A stretch of 64,000 nucleotides of DNA from a virus. The stretch is from the IMG/VR virus record IMGVR_UViG_3300020048_000039, positions 32,001 to 96,000 of that record; one strand, 5' to 3'. Each line of letters opens with the position of its first letter. The stretch's first letter is position 1. Below the pieces are notes generated by a model. The model was not told where the DNA came from and ran no database searches. It saw only the letters and a list, made by a program, of their open reading frames with translations. Below, in pieces: positions 19,820 to 30,962 of this stretch. Position numbers and translations under genes: made by a program.

Positions 19820-22786
19820 ATGGCTTTTAACACAAAAATATTACTAAGTAATAATAAAGTTTGTCAGGCAGATGCAGATGTATTAACATTATGTGGAGAT
19901 ACAAGCATTGATGCAGTCGGCACATTAAAATATTCAACCGACCAAAACAGTTCGTTTGTAGCTCGTTCTATCGTTGATGCTGGTTATGTGACTGGTAAAA
20001 CAGGCGCACTTGCTACAAGGGTTACTGCAATTGAAGGTAAATACCTTTCAGGAGCAACTAACGGTATTGGTTTTACTGGTAAACAAGTTTGTTTAGGTGG
20101 TAACTTAGTTACAAACACTACTATTGGTGGTGCTTTCACGATGGGATTTAACAACTCGGTAATAAATCTTACAGGTACTTCGGGAATAAATATTAATGCT
20201 CCTGCTGGTGCATTTAAATTAATTACACAGCCTTCAACTGGCGGTGTTAGTGATTCAATTCTTGTAAGAGCAAGTGACGGTACAATTAAACAAATAGCAG
20301 GAACTTCTCTTGGTGCTGTTACTGGTGCAACAAATGGTTTGAGTATAACAGGTCAAAAGGTTGTATTGGGTGGTGCTTTAACTGGTGATACTGCTATTGC
20401 TACTGCTGATAATGATTTGACAATACTTAATACTTCGTTAATTGGTCTTACTGTATGTGTAGGTGATGTAGCTATTGGTGATTATAGTTCTCTTACTCCA
20501 AAAGGTTATGTTGTTGCTCAACCTCAAAGCAATGTCGTACTATATACTGAATCTGCTAATGGTCTATGTTATTCCAGTGTGTATTTAGGTCAGTGCAATT
20601 TTGAAATGGTTACAGATGACACAAATCGTTATACTGCAATATATTCAAATAGTGATGCAGTATCGTTGTGTGGCTATTCTGGTGGAACTGAGGCTATTAT
20701 GTGTGTCACTTCAAACGGAAGTATTTTGTTAGGGGGTGTTGCTACTACTGGTTTTGTTGGTGCTCAATATGATATTGATTATAGTCCTAATTTTATTGCA
20801 CGTTCACTTGTTGATAAAGAATATGTTGATAATAGTTTTACTGCAAATAATGGTTTAAATAAAATTGGAACTAATGTACGTTTAGGTGGTGATTTAACTG
20901 GTAATACTATTATTAGTACAAGTACGAATAGCCTAATAATAACTGGTGGTACTAATAAATTTGGTGTTTGGTTAGTTCCAGATGAAATAAGGATTGGTAA
21001 CTACAATAACTTGCCAACATTTCCCTATGCTAATTTATATATATATCCCAAATCATTTAGTTTAGCAGCTACTTCTGGTACGAGTAATTCAAAATATGTT
21101 ACGGTTACTGGTGTTGTTGATACCTTTGAGAACGGTGGAGCATATCTTGATGTTCAGGTTGGTTGTCAAATTGGTAATTATGTGGGTTATTGCATGAGTC
21201 CCGATGAATTTACTATTTGTGGTAAAAATACTGCTTTCCAAGGTGCTAAATATTATGACTTAGAAGCTGCTGATTATCGTGCTAATTTTGTTTGTAATTC
21301 ACTTGTGGACGCTGCTTATGTAACAGGTATAACCGCAACAATAGGTATTCAAACAGCAAATAACGGTTTGACTAAATTAGGAACAAACGTTGTTCTCGGT
21401 GGTGCTTTAACTGGTGAAACTATTTTTAATGTTGATTTGGGTAGCATGGTTTTTTGTAGCAATATTAATGATTTTATTACGATAATCAATAGTGCTTGTT
21501 TATATGTTGGAGACACTAATTGTATCAATTGTATTAGTATGAGTTGTAATGATACAAATATAAATTATTCTGGTGTTACGTCATCCACACAATATTATCA
21601 AGATGCAAATCTTATTTGTCTTAGTACTTCTGATAATATAGGTGCTGAAATTTATAATGCGTTAAGTATTAGTACGACAGATATGAGTGTTTGTGGCAAT
21701 GAACTGAATTTTCAAGGTCTTCAATATGGTGCTGATTATAGTGCAAATTATATAGCACGTTCACTTGTTGATGCAGCATATGTAACTGGTTTGACTACTA
21801 CATCTGGTATTCAAACTGCAAGTAATGGCTTATGTAAATCAGGAACTGTTGTAAAATTAGGCTCGCCATTAACTGAAAATACTATTATTAATGGTGGTGC
21901 ATTTAATTTATGTTTGGGTCAAAGCGGTTCAATATTGGGCACTGTTAATATTTGTGCTACTTCATTAGTGGAATGTACAAGCGGTGCATATAGTCAATAT
22001 AGCACAACAAGTCTCACATGCACTTCGAGTACATTAGACTTACGCTCAACTGGTGCTGCTGGATTCTGCTCAACAGGTATAGCAACCGTTGTTGGTAGTT
22101 CAATCAACATAACTCCAACAACAACAGCCACAATTTTCGCAGGTAGTTGTGTTATTGCATGTGTTGGTACTTCTGCATTTAGTAAAGTCGAAGTAAAAGC
22201 GTCTGAATCGACATTGTTCTCTATGGGCACTGTAGCACTTAGCTTTGTTACCACATGTAATTCTGGTAACGTATATGTTTGTGGTAGTTCCAATGTAGTA
22301 ATAGGAGCACTTAATGGAGGTGTATGCCTCAATGGAGGCAATGGTGTATGCCTTACTGGTGGACTTAAATTAATAACAACTCCTGCTACTGGTGCATGTA
22401 CTGATGGTATTTTAGTTTGGAACTCAGGTGATAAAGAAATTAAGACCATTTCAACTGCTTCTGTCGGTGATAAAAATAATATTTATAGTAGAAAAATTGT
22501 CACAGCTTCAACTGGCTTAACCACAAACGATGCACTTGTGATTCTTGTTAATCATACTGCTCCCATTACAATTACCTTACCACCTATCCCAACAGATGGA
22601 TTGGCTTATAAAATTAAAGACGTAAGTTCTGCTGGTGCTTTAATAAACAATATCACAATCAATCGTAATGGTAAAAATATTAATGGTGGTGCTTCTGATG
22701 CTTTAATTAACACTTCTGGTGGCTCAATTGAACTTGTGTATGAAAATTCACTTGGTTCATGGTATATATTATCGTTCGTTAGCTAA
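19820..22786 (+). CDS. putative tail fibre protein
   Basis: Same ATNG/LGG and RSLVD modules (several copies); C-terminal ITITLP..DG..Y.IKD domain paralogous to the 17356 C-terminus. Confidence 0.75.
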   Translation: MAFNTKILLSNNKVCQADADVLTLCGDTSIDAVGTLKYSTDQNSSFVARSIVDAGYVTGKTGALATRVTAIEGKYLSGATNGIGFTGKQVCLGGNLVTNTTIGGAFTMGFNNSVINLTGTSGININAPAGAFKLITQPSTGGVSDSILVRASDGTIKQIAGTSLGAVTGATNGLSITGQKVVLGGALTGDTAIATADNDLTILNTSLIGLTVCVGDVAIGDYSSLTPKGYVVAQPQSNVVLYTESANGLCYSSVYLGQCNFEMVTDDTNRYTAIYSNSDAVSLCGYSGGTEAIMCVTSNGSILLGGVATTGFVGAQYDIDYSPNFIARSLVDKEYVDNSFTANNGLNKIGTNVRLGGDLTGNTIISTSTNSLIITGGTNKFGVWLVPDEIRIGNYNNLPTFPYANLYIYPKSFSLAATSGTSNSKYVTVTGVVDTFENGGAYLDVQVGCQIGNYVGYCMSPDEFTICGKNTAFQGAKYYDLEAADYRANFVCNSLVDAAYVTGITATIGIQTANNGLTKLGTNVVLGGALTGETIFNVDLGSMVFCSNINDFITIINSACLYVGDTNCINCISMSCNDTNINYSGVTSSTQYYQDANLICLSTSDNIGAEIYNALSISTTDMSVCGNELNFQGLQYGADYSANYIARSLVDAAYVTGLTTTSGIQTASNGLCKSGTVVKLGSPLTENTIINGGAFNLCLGQSGSILGTVNICATSLVECTSGAYSQYSTTSLTCTSSTLDLRSTGAAGFCSTGIATVVGSSINITPTTTATIFAGSCVIACVGTSAFSKVEVKASESTLFSMGTVALSFVTTCNSGNVYVCGSSNVVIGALNGGVCLNGGNGVCLTGGLKLITTPATGACTDGILVWNSGDKEIKTISTASVGDKNNIYSRKIVTASTGLTTNDALVILVNHTAPITITLPPIPTDGLAYKIKDVSSAGALINNITINRNGKNINGGASDALINTSGGSIELVYENSLGSWYILSFVS

Positions 22787-22803
22787 TAAACGAATGGGTT
22801 TTG

Positions 22804-22845
22804 AAAGGGGAGCACATGTTGGCACATGTTGCTCTTTTTTTTTTA
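22804..22845 (+). terminator. intrinsic terminator
   Basis: GAGCACATGT/ACATGTTGCTC stem (one bulge) plus a long T-run. Confidence 0.55.
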
Positions 22846-22909
22846 TTTTTTTCATATTTATTCAAGATTTTCCATTTTTTTACGTATCTATAAAAAAATA
22901 TAAATTATA

Positions 22910-23845
22910 ATGGCTAAAGAAAAAAAAAAATCTATGAAAAATGATGGAACAATAAAACCAGAAGATAAATTTGTAATATTTCATACAGAGGGGGGGCACG
23001 GCAAGCAGTGCATGGCCACAGCAGTTTGTCGAGCATTAAAGAAAGCATATCCTGACAGAAAATTAATAGTAGTCACAGCGTGGGATGGTCCGTTCTTTTA
23101 TAATCCAGACGTGTGGCGTTTTTATACATTCGGACAAATGCAGTATTTTTATGATGATTATATCAATGCTGACACAAAAATATTCAGACAGGAAGTTTAT
23201 CACACAGAAGACCATATCTTGGGAAGAAAACATCTTGTACAATCATGGTGCGACATGATGGGTATTCCCTCAGACGGCATAAAACCAAAAATCTATTTAA
23301 ACCCCAGAGAGCTTGAAATAGCAAAGGATAAAATCAAACCAGATGGTAGACCCATAATGTTATTACAAACGCATGGCGGGTCTCCTACGGGGCAATACAG
23401 CAAGAAATCTTGGTATAGGGATATGCCGATTGAAATCGCACAGAAACTCGCTAATTATTACAGTAAATCATATCGTATTTTACATATTAAATCACCTGAA
23501 CAACCTGTTTTACAAAATGTAGAACCTCTTATTTTACCTTTCAGGGAATTGTATGCAGTTTTTCCTCTATCAACAAAAAGATTGTTTATTGATAGTTTTT
23601 CACAGCATGTCGCTGCTGCACTGGACTTACAAAGTACCGTTGTTTGGATTGGTAATAAACCCGAAGTATTCGGATATCCTGAACACATCAACGTAACCCC
23701 AAACGCAAATTATGTCAGAGAATTAAATAAGTTTAGCTATCTTGACCAGTTTGATATTAGTGGACAGATTCAACAGTTTCCATACGATACTGTCAACCTT
23801 TTAGACATAAATGAAATTATGAAAGCAGTTGATAGGCAAAAATAA
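22910..23845 (+). CDS. glycosyltransferase, GT-B fold (GT9/heptosyltransferase-like)
   Basis: EGGHGKQCMATAVCRALK, LLQTHGG, FIDSFSQHVAAAL...VVW, resembling GT9 GIDS..H.AAA. Confidence 0.65.
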   Translation: MAKEKKKSMKNDGTIKPEDKFVIFHTEGGHGKQCMATAVCRALKKAYPDRKLIVVTAWDGPFFYNPDVWRFYTFGQMQYFYDDYINADTKIFRQEVYHTEDHILGRKHLVQSWCDMMGIPSDGIKPKIYLNPRELEIAKDKIKPDGRPIMLLQTHGGSPTGQYSKKSWYRDMPIEIAQKLANYYSKSYRILHIKSPEQPVLQNVEPLILPFRELYAVFPLSTKRLFIDSFSQHVAAALDLQSTVVWIGNKPEVFGYPEHINVTPNANYVRELNKFSYLDQFDISGQIQQFPYDTVNLLDINEIMKAVDRQK

Positions 23846-23871
23846 GGCATTTTTATTAATGTGAATAAAAG

Positions 23872-23898
23872 AACCCGTCAAATCGATGGGTTTTTTTT
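23872..23898 (+). terminator. intrinsic terminator
   Basis: AACCCGTC/GATGGGTT stem plus T-run. Confidence 0.7.
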
Positions 23899-23954
23899 AT
23901 TATGCTAAATTAAGTTATGATTCTAAAGTATTTATCTATGTTAATTAAATTACT

Positions 23955-26627
23955 ATGGGACAATACGACAATAAACCAAATCTTAGCAATAATCAATTCG
24001 AGCAACGTACTGACGATACAATGATTTTGAGTGGAAACACATGTGTTCTCAAAATGGGAACATTTAGCTCAGATTCTGGATATCAAATCAGTGGAAGCAC
24101 AATTCTTAAAACGTCACCAAGCACAATAACTTCAATTTATTTGGGTCAAAATTCTGGCTGTAATGTTAGTAATGTTGGAATGAATAATATTGGTCTTGGC
24201 AGTTCGGCATTACGTTTTAACACAATTGGAATTAATAATGTTGCTATTGGTGCAAATACTTTATATGGTAATACTGGTGGCACTGAAAATGTCGCTCTTG
24301 GTACAGAAGCATTGTATTTAAACACAAACGGCAGTCAAAATGTTGCAATTGGTTTTCAGTCGCTATACCAAAATTGCAATGGTATTGGAAATGTTGCTAA
24401 TGGTTATAAATCGTTATGGAGTACAGAAATTGGTAATTATAATCTTGCTTTTGGCACTTGTGCATTATATGCAAATTGTGTTGGTAATGAGAATATTGCG
24501 TTAGGACATAATGCTTTGTTGAATAATACGAGTAGTTGTAATATTGCTATTGGTTCGGAAACTTTAAAGTCAAATACTACTGGCAATAATAATATTGCCT
24601 TTGGTACATGTGCATTATCTGGTAATACTTCTGGTTGTGAAAATGTTGCAATTGGTTATAGGTCATTGTTAAAAAATGTTGACGGCATTCAGAATATTGG
24701 TATTGGTTTAGGGTCATTGGCAAATAATGCTAATGGTAACATTAATATTGCTCTTGGTGTGAATAGTTTATGGAATAACATAAGTGGTAGTTATAACGTT
24801 GCTATAGGTTTGGATTCACAGAAGACTCTTACTACGGGACTATGGAATGTCTCGCTTGGTAATAATACATTGATTTGTAATGCGACTTCAAGTCAAAATA
24901 CAGCTATTGGTGATAGTGCTTTACTTTGTACGACTGGTAGTAATAACACTGGCGTTGGTCTTGGCGCATTAGCTAATAATATTGATGGTAATAATAATAC
25001 ATCTATTGGTTATCAATCTGGTCAAGTGAATATAAGTGGTTCACGTAATGTATATATTGGTGCATGTGCTGGTAGTGGTACAACACTATCCGATAAACTA
25101 TTCATTGCCAATTGCGGATTATGTAATTTAATTTATGGTGATTTTGCCTCTAATTTTGTAACACTGTCAACCTTAAAGCTTTGCTGTACCCCGTCAACTG
25201 GTGTGTGCACTGATAGCGTATTGGTTTGGAATGCCAGTACTTGTTGTGTAAAAAAACTTCCATATTCAAGTGGTGGTACTGGTAGCACAGCAACAATCAC
25301 CGCTAATAATGGTCTAACTAAATTAGACGATAATATTACTTTAGGCGGTACTTTAACAGGAAATACTACAATTAGTGGTGGTTATACACTGAGTTTATGT
25401 AGTGGTACTAAAATTAATACTGATGCAGGTTATCAGATAAGTGGGGTCACTATGTTTAGAACTTCTTCATCAGCGTTAGGTTCAATATATATTGGTCAAT
25501 GTAGTGGTAGTGATGTGTCTATTGGTGATAATAATTTTGGTGTAGGCTTATGTGCATTAGCATCTAACACAACTGGTAGTAATAACATTGCGCAAGGCAA
25601 TTATGCATTACAAGCCAATACTACAGGTTTTGGTAACATTGCGCAAGGCAATGGGGCATTATATGCCAATATAAGTGGTGTTAATAACATTGCACAAGGC
25701 AATTATGTGTTATATTGCAATACTACAGGTAGTAATAACATTGCACAAGGTTATGCTGCATTATATTGCAATACTACAGGTTGTCATAACGTTGCACAAG
25801 GCTGTTGTGCATTATATTGCAATACTACTGGTGGTAATAATGTTGCTATTGGCTATGGTAGTTTATTTAGAAATATTACTGGTGGTAATAATATTGGTAT
25901 TGGCTGTATGACAATTTCGTGTTCATCGAATTCGGCATATAATATCGCATTTGGTAATTGTACGTTAGGTAGAACAACAACTGGTAGTTATAACGTTGGT
26001 ATTGGTTTGACTGCTCTTGGTACTAATTCATCAGGTAGGGATAATATTGGAATTGGACAGTTTAGTGAGTTCAATAATACAACAGGTTGTTATAATGTTG
26101 CTGTTGGAAATAATTCGTTAAGAGCAAATACAACAGGTTGCTATAATGTTGGAATTGGAGTATGTGTTGGTTCGGGGGCTATAACTGTTTCAAATAACGT
26201 ATATATTGGTAGTTTTGCTGGCTCTGGAAACACTAATTCAAATAGACTTTATATTGCAAATTCACCAAATTGTACGTTAATTTATGGAGAATTTGATAAT
26301 AAATTAATTAAAATTGATGGCGATATTTGTTCTACTCAGAATATGTGCGCAACTAATTTTATATTAACATCGGACTGTCGGCTTAAGACGTGTATTATAC
26401 CAATACCAATTAGCACAATCTCTGCTGAATATAAACAATTTGAAATGTTAACCGAGCCAAATCAAATAAGATACGGAATAATTGCACAGGATTTACAAAT
26501 TGAAAATCCTGAATTAGTTAGAACTAATGAAGAAGGTATGTTATCTGTTGCATATATTGATTTACTTGTAAAAGAAATTGCATATCTTAAATATAAAATC
26601 TATGAATTAGAAGAAAAAATTGGATAA
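23955..26627 (+). CDS. tail fibre/spike with 17-aa N-x-A-x-G beta-roll repeats and C-terminal S74-like intramolecular chaperone
   Basis: Two arrays of NNVAIG..AL..NTTG repeats; TSDCRLK...YGIIAQD...PELV...coiled-coil tail. Confidence 0.8.
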   Translation: MGQYDNKPNLSNNQFEQRTDDTMILSGNTCVLKMGTFSSDSGYQISGSTILKTSPSTITSIYLGQNSGCNVSNVGMNNIGLGSSALRFNTIGINNVAIGANTLYGNTGGTENVALGTEALYLNTNGSQNVAIGFQSLYQNCNGIGNVANGYKSLWSTEIGNYNLAFGTCALYANCVGNENIALGHNALLNNTSSCNIAIGSETLKSNTTGNNNIAFGTCALSGNTSGCENVAIGYRSLLKNVDGIQNIGIGLGSLANNANGNINIALGVNSLWNNISGSYNVAIGLDSQKTLTTGLWNVSLGNNTLICNATSSQNTAIGDSALLCTTGSNNTGVGLGALANNIDGNNNTSIGYQSGQVNISGSRNVYIGACAGSGTTLSDKLFIANCGLCNLIYGDFASNFVTLSTLKLCCTPSTGVCTDSVLVWNASTCCVKKLPYSSGGTGSTATITANNGLTKLDDNITLGGTLTGNTTISGGYTLSLCSGTKINTDAGYQISGVTMFRTSSSALGSIYIGQCSGSDVSIGDNNFGVGLCALASNTTGSNNIAQGNYALQANTTGFGNIAQGNGALYANISGVNNIAQGNYVLYCNTTGSNNIAQGYAALYCNTTGCHNVAQGCCALYCNTTGGNNVAIGYGSLFRNITGGNNIGIGCMTISCSSNSAYNIAFGNCTLGRTTTGSYNVGIGLTALGTNSSGRDNIGIGQFSEFNNTTGCYNVAVGNNSLRANTTGCYNVGIGVCVGSGAITVSNNVYIGSFAGSGNTNSNRLYIANSPNCTLIYGEFDNKLIKIDGDICSTQNMCATNFILTSDCRLKTCIIPIPISTISAEYKQFEMLTEPNQIRYGIIAQDLQIENPELVRTNEEGMLSVAYIDLLVKEIAYLKYKIYELEEKIG
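25277..25629 (+). repeat. 353-nt near-identical duplication, copy 1 (copy 2 at 31031-31383)
   Basis: Direct comparison shows a few substitutions in the first ~100 nt and identity afterwards. Confidence 0.9.
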
Positions 26628-28120
26628 TGGCGAGAATCCCCAACACTACAACATTTTCATTACAGAACGTATTAGACGTAATTGCACCACGAATTACAGA
26701 TATTTGTGATGCGTATTTATATTCTAATACACATGGTTTTGATTCATACTATAGTGGCGAAAAAAATTCATTGTTGAATTTTAGAAACTATTTTGGTAAT
26801 GTATATTATTTCGCTAATTCAGGTGATGATACTTTTGGAGATGGCAGTATTGATAATCCATATGCAACTTTAAGTAAGTTGTCAGAATTGTCATTGGTCT
26901 CAGGTGATAATGTGCTTTTTAAACGTGGTGATACTTTTCGGGGGGCATTAATAATTAATGGCAGCGGTGTCGCACTAAGTGCAATTACTTTCTCATCATA
27001 TGGAATTGGTTCAAAGCCATTAATTTTAGGTTCAAAAGATGCCTCTGATATTAGCAATTGGGTAGAATATTCGGAAAGTATATGGGCAACCATTGCTGGT
27101 TATACATATGGTGAAATTGGTAATATATATTTTAATGATGATTCATCATATGGTTTTAGAAAACAAACATTAAGTGCCTGCACATCACAAGGAGACTTTT
27201 ATCTTGACTTAATAACAAAAAAATTATACCTATATTCCATTGTAAATCCGAGTGATTTTTATAATAATATTGAGGTTGGAGGTGTTTATAGTGACCATAT
27301 AATTACGTTATATAATAAAAATTACATAAACATAAGAAATCTTAGCATTAAATATTCATCTTGGCACGGACTAAACATATATCAATCTAATTATTGTGTT
27401 ATTGAAAATTGTGATTTTTCTTGGATTGGCGGTTCATTTGCTGGTATGACGGATGGTACACGCCTTGGCAATGCTATACAATTATGGAAACAGTGTAGCA
27501 ATATAATTATTAGATATAATAACATTTCACAGGCATATGATGCAGGTATAACACCACAAGGGAGCAGTACGTATTTGCAAAACGATATATGGATTTATAA
27601 TAATGTGATTACAAATTGTTGGTATAGCTACGAAGTTTTTGAATATGTTGGAGCTTCAATGACCAATATTAATTTCGACAACAATACCTGTATAAATGCA
27701 GGCAATTGCTGGTCGGCATTACAAAGACCATCTAAAACAAACGAAAGGCACGTTATGTGGTGGGGTGCAGAAGGAATTGTAATTAATTGCAATATTCGCA
27801 ATAATATATTTTATGAAATTACTGATAATAATCAAGCATTAAGATTCGATGCAGCTTGCCATGCTATACTTAAGAATAATCTTTATTACGTTACAACTGT
27901 AGGTAGAATAGGGTATCCAATTCCAATAACCTACGCTACACTTGCATCGTGGCAATTGGCTACATCTAATGACATTGGCTCGATATCGGCAAATCCTTTA
28001 TTTGTTTCAACAATTGATTATCATTTATTATCTGGCTCTCCTGCAATAAACGCTGGTATTGATGTTGGGTTGTCATACAGTGGAATTGCACCAGATATTG
28101 GTGCTTATGAATATGCTTAA
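26627..28120 (+). CDS. right-handed beta-helix (pectate lyase-like) tailspike/depolymerase
   Basis: YYFANSGDD..GDGSIDNPYATL, VLFKRGDTFRG, repeated I.N..I.N strands, SPAINAG...PDIGAYEY. Confidence 0.7.
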   Translation: MARIPNTTTFSLQNVLDVIAPRITDICDAYLYSNTHGFDSYYSGEKNSLLNFRNYFGNVYYFANSGDDTFGDGSIDNPYATLSKLSELSLVSGDNVLFKRGDTFRGALIINGSGVALSAITFSSYGIGSKPLILGSKDASDISNWVEYSESIWATIAGYTYGEIGNIYFNDDSSYGFRKQTLSACTSQGDFYLDLITKKLYLYSIVNPSDFYNNIEVGGVYSDHIITLYNKNYINIRNLSIKYSSWHGLNIYQSNYCVIENCDFSWIGGSFAGMTDGTRLGNAIQLWKQCSNIIIRYNNISQAYDAGITPQGSSTYLQNDIWIYNNVITNCWYSYEVFEYVGASMTNINFDNNTCINAGNCWSALQRPSKTNERHVMWWGAEGIVINCNIRNNIFYEITDNNQALRFDAACHAILKNNLYYVTTVGRIGYPIPITYATLASWQLATSNDIGSISANPLFVSTIDYHLLSGSPAINAGIDVGLSYSGIAPDIGAYEYA

Positions 28121-28275
28121 TATTAAACAGTCGGGTTGAAATTAGAAAATGATATGTAGCTGCTAAGAGTATAATATTTAATAATTGATTATTATTATTA
28201 AATTCTTAGATTAATAATGAGTTTTTTTAGTATTTATCATATGGTATAGGTAATACCAAAATAAATTTTTATAAA

Positions 28276-29985
28276 ATGGGATTCGAAACAAAATCTAATT
28301 TAGCTGATGGCAAATTTAAACAGTGCAACACTGATGTAATGGCGTTATCTGGTTGTACACAGATAATTGGTACGTTAGATATTTACCCTTCTGGCACTAT
28401 TGATTCGTGTAGTGGATATAGAATTTCAGGCTCAACAGTACTGAGGACATCAAATGGTTCATTAGATTCGATATATTTGGGTAGACTTGCAGGGTCAGAT
28501 GGAAGCGGAGTAGGCAATTTTGGTGTAGGCTTATGTGCATTAGCATCTAACACAACTGGTAGTAATAACATTGCGCAAGGCTATTCTGCATTATATAGTA
28601 ATATAAGTGGTACAAATAACATTGCACAAGGTTATGCGGCAATGAGTGGCAATAGTACAGGTAGCAATAACATTGCATTAGGCTATAATGCATTAATGAA
28701 CAATTATGATGGTGGTAATAATATCGCATTAGGTTGCAAATCATTGTTTTGTGGTATTGGAAATAGTGGTAATCTGGCTATTGGTAATTTTTCATTATCC
28801 AGCAATATTACTGGCTGTAATAATGTCTCAATTGGTACTAATTCTTTAACTTGTAATAACAATGGTTGTAACAATACTGTAATGGGTATTGCTGCATTAG
28901 CAGGTAACTGTAGTGGTTCTACGAATACTGCAATTGGAATGTGTACAATGAGTTGTAATAGGGGTGGCTGTCGTAACTCTGCTATTGGATATTGTAGCAT
29001 ATTTCGTAATTCTTATGGACTTGATAATGTTGCAATTGGCTATTCATCGTTACGTAGTAATACAACTGGCTGTAATAATATTGCTATAGGTGCTAATGCA
29101 TTATGTTTCAGTACCACAGCATCATCTAATGTTGCCATTGGTAAATCATCATTGTTTAATAGTCTAAGCGGTAGTGATAATATTGGTGTTGGTATTTACA
29201 CGTTAAGCGGAACTACTACAGGCTGGAATAATATTGCGCTTGGTAGTTGTTCGTTAGCTTGTAATAAATGCGGATGTAATAATATTGCTGTTGGTTGTAT
29301 GGCATTATTTAATAATTGTGGTGGCAGAGATAATATTGCCATTGGACTCAATTCATTGTCTTATAATTGTTCGGGTAGAGATAATATTGCAATTGGTGGA
29401 AATTCTTCTACTGGTCACGCCTGTGGCTGCTACAACATTGCTCTTGGTGTTGAAGCATTTTCTGTTAATGTCTGTGGATGTGATAATATTTCAATTGGCA
29501 GATGTAGTGGTTGGAATAATCAGGGATGTAATAATGTATTTCTTGGTAAATATGCTGGTTTATGTGAATTAGGTTCGAATAGACTACATATAAGTACTTC
29601 TGCAACATACCCGTTAATTTATGGTGAGTTTGACAATAAGATAATTACCATTGATGGTTGTATGTGCATAACCCGTTTACCTGCTAAGTCGGGTGAAACT
29701 AATGTGGTATATATTGACTCAATGGGCAAGCTGAGTTCAGGTGCTACTTCTGCTGGTGGAAGTGGTGTGTGTACGATGGAATTTACTGGAAATAGTACTG
29801 CAACAGGATTTACACTTAATCATGAAATGAGTGCTGCATTTCCAATGGTGCAAGTAGTAAAAAATGTAAGTCCTTATCCAACAGTTTATACTGACATTTC
29901 AAGACCAAATGCGGACTGTGTTTGTGTTACGTTTGATGTTGCACCAGTAACTGGTTTGGTGTATAAAGTATTAATAATAAAATAA
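28276..29985 (+). CDS. Cys-rich tail fibre with 17-aa repeats
   Basis: N-terminal SNLADGKFKQ, NNIA.G repeats, LIYGEFDNK module shared with 23955. Confidence 0.75.
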   Translation: MGFETKSNLADGKFKQCNTDVMALSGCTQIIGTLDIYPSGTIDSCSGYRISGSTVLRTSNGSLDSIYLGRLAGSDGSGVGNFGVGLCALASNTTGSNNIAQGYSALYSNISGTNNIAQGYAAMSGNSTGSNNIALGYNALMNNYDGGNNIALGCKSLFCGIGNSGNLAIGNFSLSSNITGCNNVSIGTNSLTCNNNGCNNTVMGIAALAGNCSGSTNTAIGMCTMSCNRGGCRNSAIGYCSIFRNSYGLDNVAIGYSSLRSNTTGCNNIAIGANALCFSTTASSNVAIGKSSLFNSLSGSDNIGVGIYTLSGTTTGWNNIALGSCSLACNKCGCNNIAVGCMALFNNCGGRDNIAIGLNSLSYNCSGRDNIAIGGNSSTGHACGCYNIALGVEAFSVNVCGCDNISIGRCSGWNNQGCNNVFLGKYAGLCELGSNRLHISTSATYPLIYGEFDNKIITIDGCMCITRLPAKSGETNVVYIDSMGKLSSGATSAGGSGVCTMEFTGNSTATGFTLNHEMSAAFPMVQVVKNVSPYPTVYTDISRPNADCVCVTFDVAPVTGLVYKVLIIK

Positions 29986-30027
29986 ATCGAAATAAATCAG
30001 TATTTATAATTAAACAAAAACAAAAAC

Positions 30028-30315
30028 ATGTACGAAACACAAACAGACATATCAGATTACCAAAATCCAAACATGGGTACTGGTACTGGCAATACGGCAA
30101 TGTATATTGCACCAAAAACATTAATTCATGAATATTCAACAACAGAATTTTATGTTGGTGTTTCAATTAGTGGTGTAGATACTGCTGCTCCAATATGGTC
30201 AATCAGAAAAATAGTTAAAACAGGTAATGTTTGGGCAACTACCTTATACCCCAATGGTGACCAAGGATTTAATTATATTTGGAATGAAAGACTTAATTAT
30301 TTAAATTATTCCTAA
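30028..30315 (+). CDS. small putative virion/fibre-associated protein
   Basis: YVG.....WSIRKI...YPNGD..F...W..R..Y pattern; GTATTTAT box at 30000. Confidence 0.55.
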   Translation: MYETQTDISDYQNPNMGTGTGNTAMYIAPKTLIHEYSTTEFYVGVSISGVDTAAPIWSIRKIVKTGNVWATTLYPNGDQGFNYIWNERLNYLNYS

Positions 30316-30435
30316 AGACTTTATTTGTCATATTTATTAAAATGACATGAGAAACTTGGAATATTTTCAGAAGAGCACTGAACAAGACGGTATTTATGAT
30401 AAATATAATTAACATTTAAATTAAAACAATATAAC

Positions 30436-30825
30436 ATGAGCGAAATACTTAAAATTCTCTTTGGTGAATTTACCACATCACAACTAATAGGATATATTTG
30501 GTTCTTCATAATTGGTTACATTATTTATGGTCTTACAGAAGTTAGTGGTCGTAATGTACAAAGTTCAGCTACTCCTGTAAAGTTTAGTTGGAAATTCTGG
30601 TTTCTTGATAATTGGCGCAGGTACGTAACCACAATTTTGTGTACATACATACTTTTTAGGTTCTATACAGAAATCAATGGAACTACCTTTACATACTTTG
30701 ATGCTGTGACATTAGGTCTCGTTGGAGATGGCATTGCTGCAACTATTAAGAGAAGGATAGATGTAGTAAATCCAAATAGGGCTGATTTAACTACTAAAAT
30801 TAACGAAGAAAATTCTACACAATAA
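30436..30825 (+). CDS. small membrane protein, holin-like
   Basis: Two to three hydrophobic segments (LIGYIWFFIIGYIIYGL; VTTILCTYILFRF; FTYFDAVTLGLVG). Confidence 0.5.
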   Translation: MSEILKILFGEFTTSQLIGYIWFFIIGYIIYGLTEVSGRNVQSSATPVKFSWKFWFLDNWRRYVTTILCTYILFRFYTEINGTTFTYFDAVTLGLVGDGIAATIKRRIDVVNPNRADLTTKINEENSTQ

Positions 30826-30895
30826 ACTATTTAACATTTAATATAAATATTTTTTTTTTATTAAGTAGTATAATGCCTTATTGAATTAAAACAAT

Positions 30896-30920
30896 AAACC
30901 CATCAAAATCTGATGGGTTT
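30896..30920. terminator. perfect inverted repeat, terminator-like
   Basis: AAACCCATCA/TGATGGGTTT. Confidence 0.6.
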
Positions 30921-30962
30921 ATTGTTTTTTCTGAGTATTTATTATGAAATACTTATAGAAAC

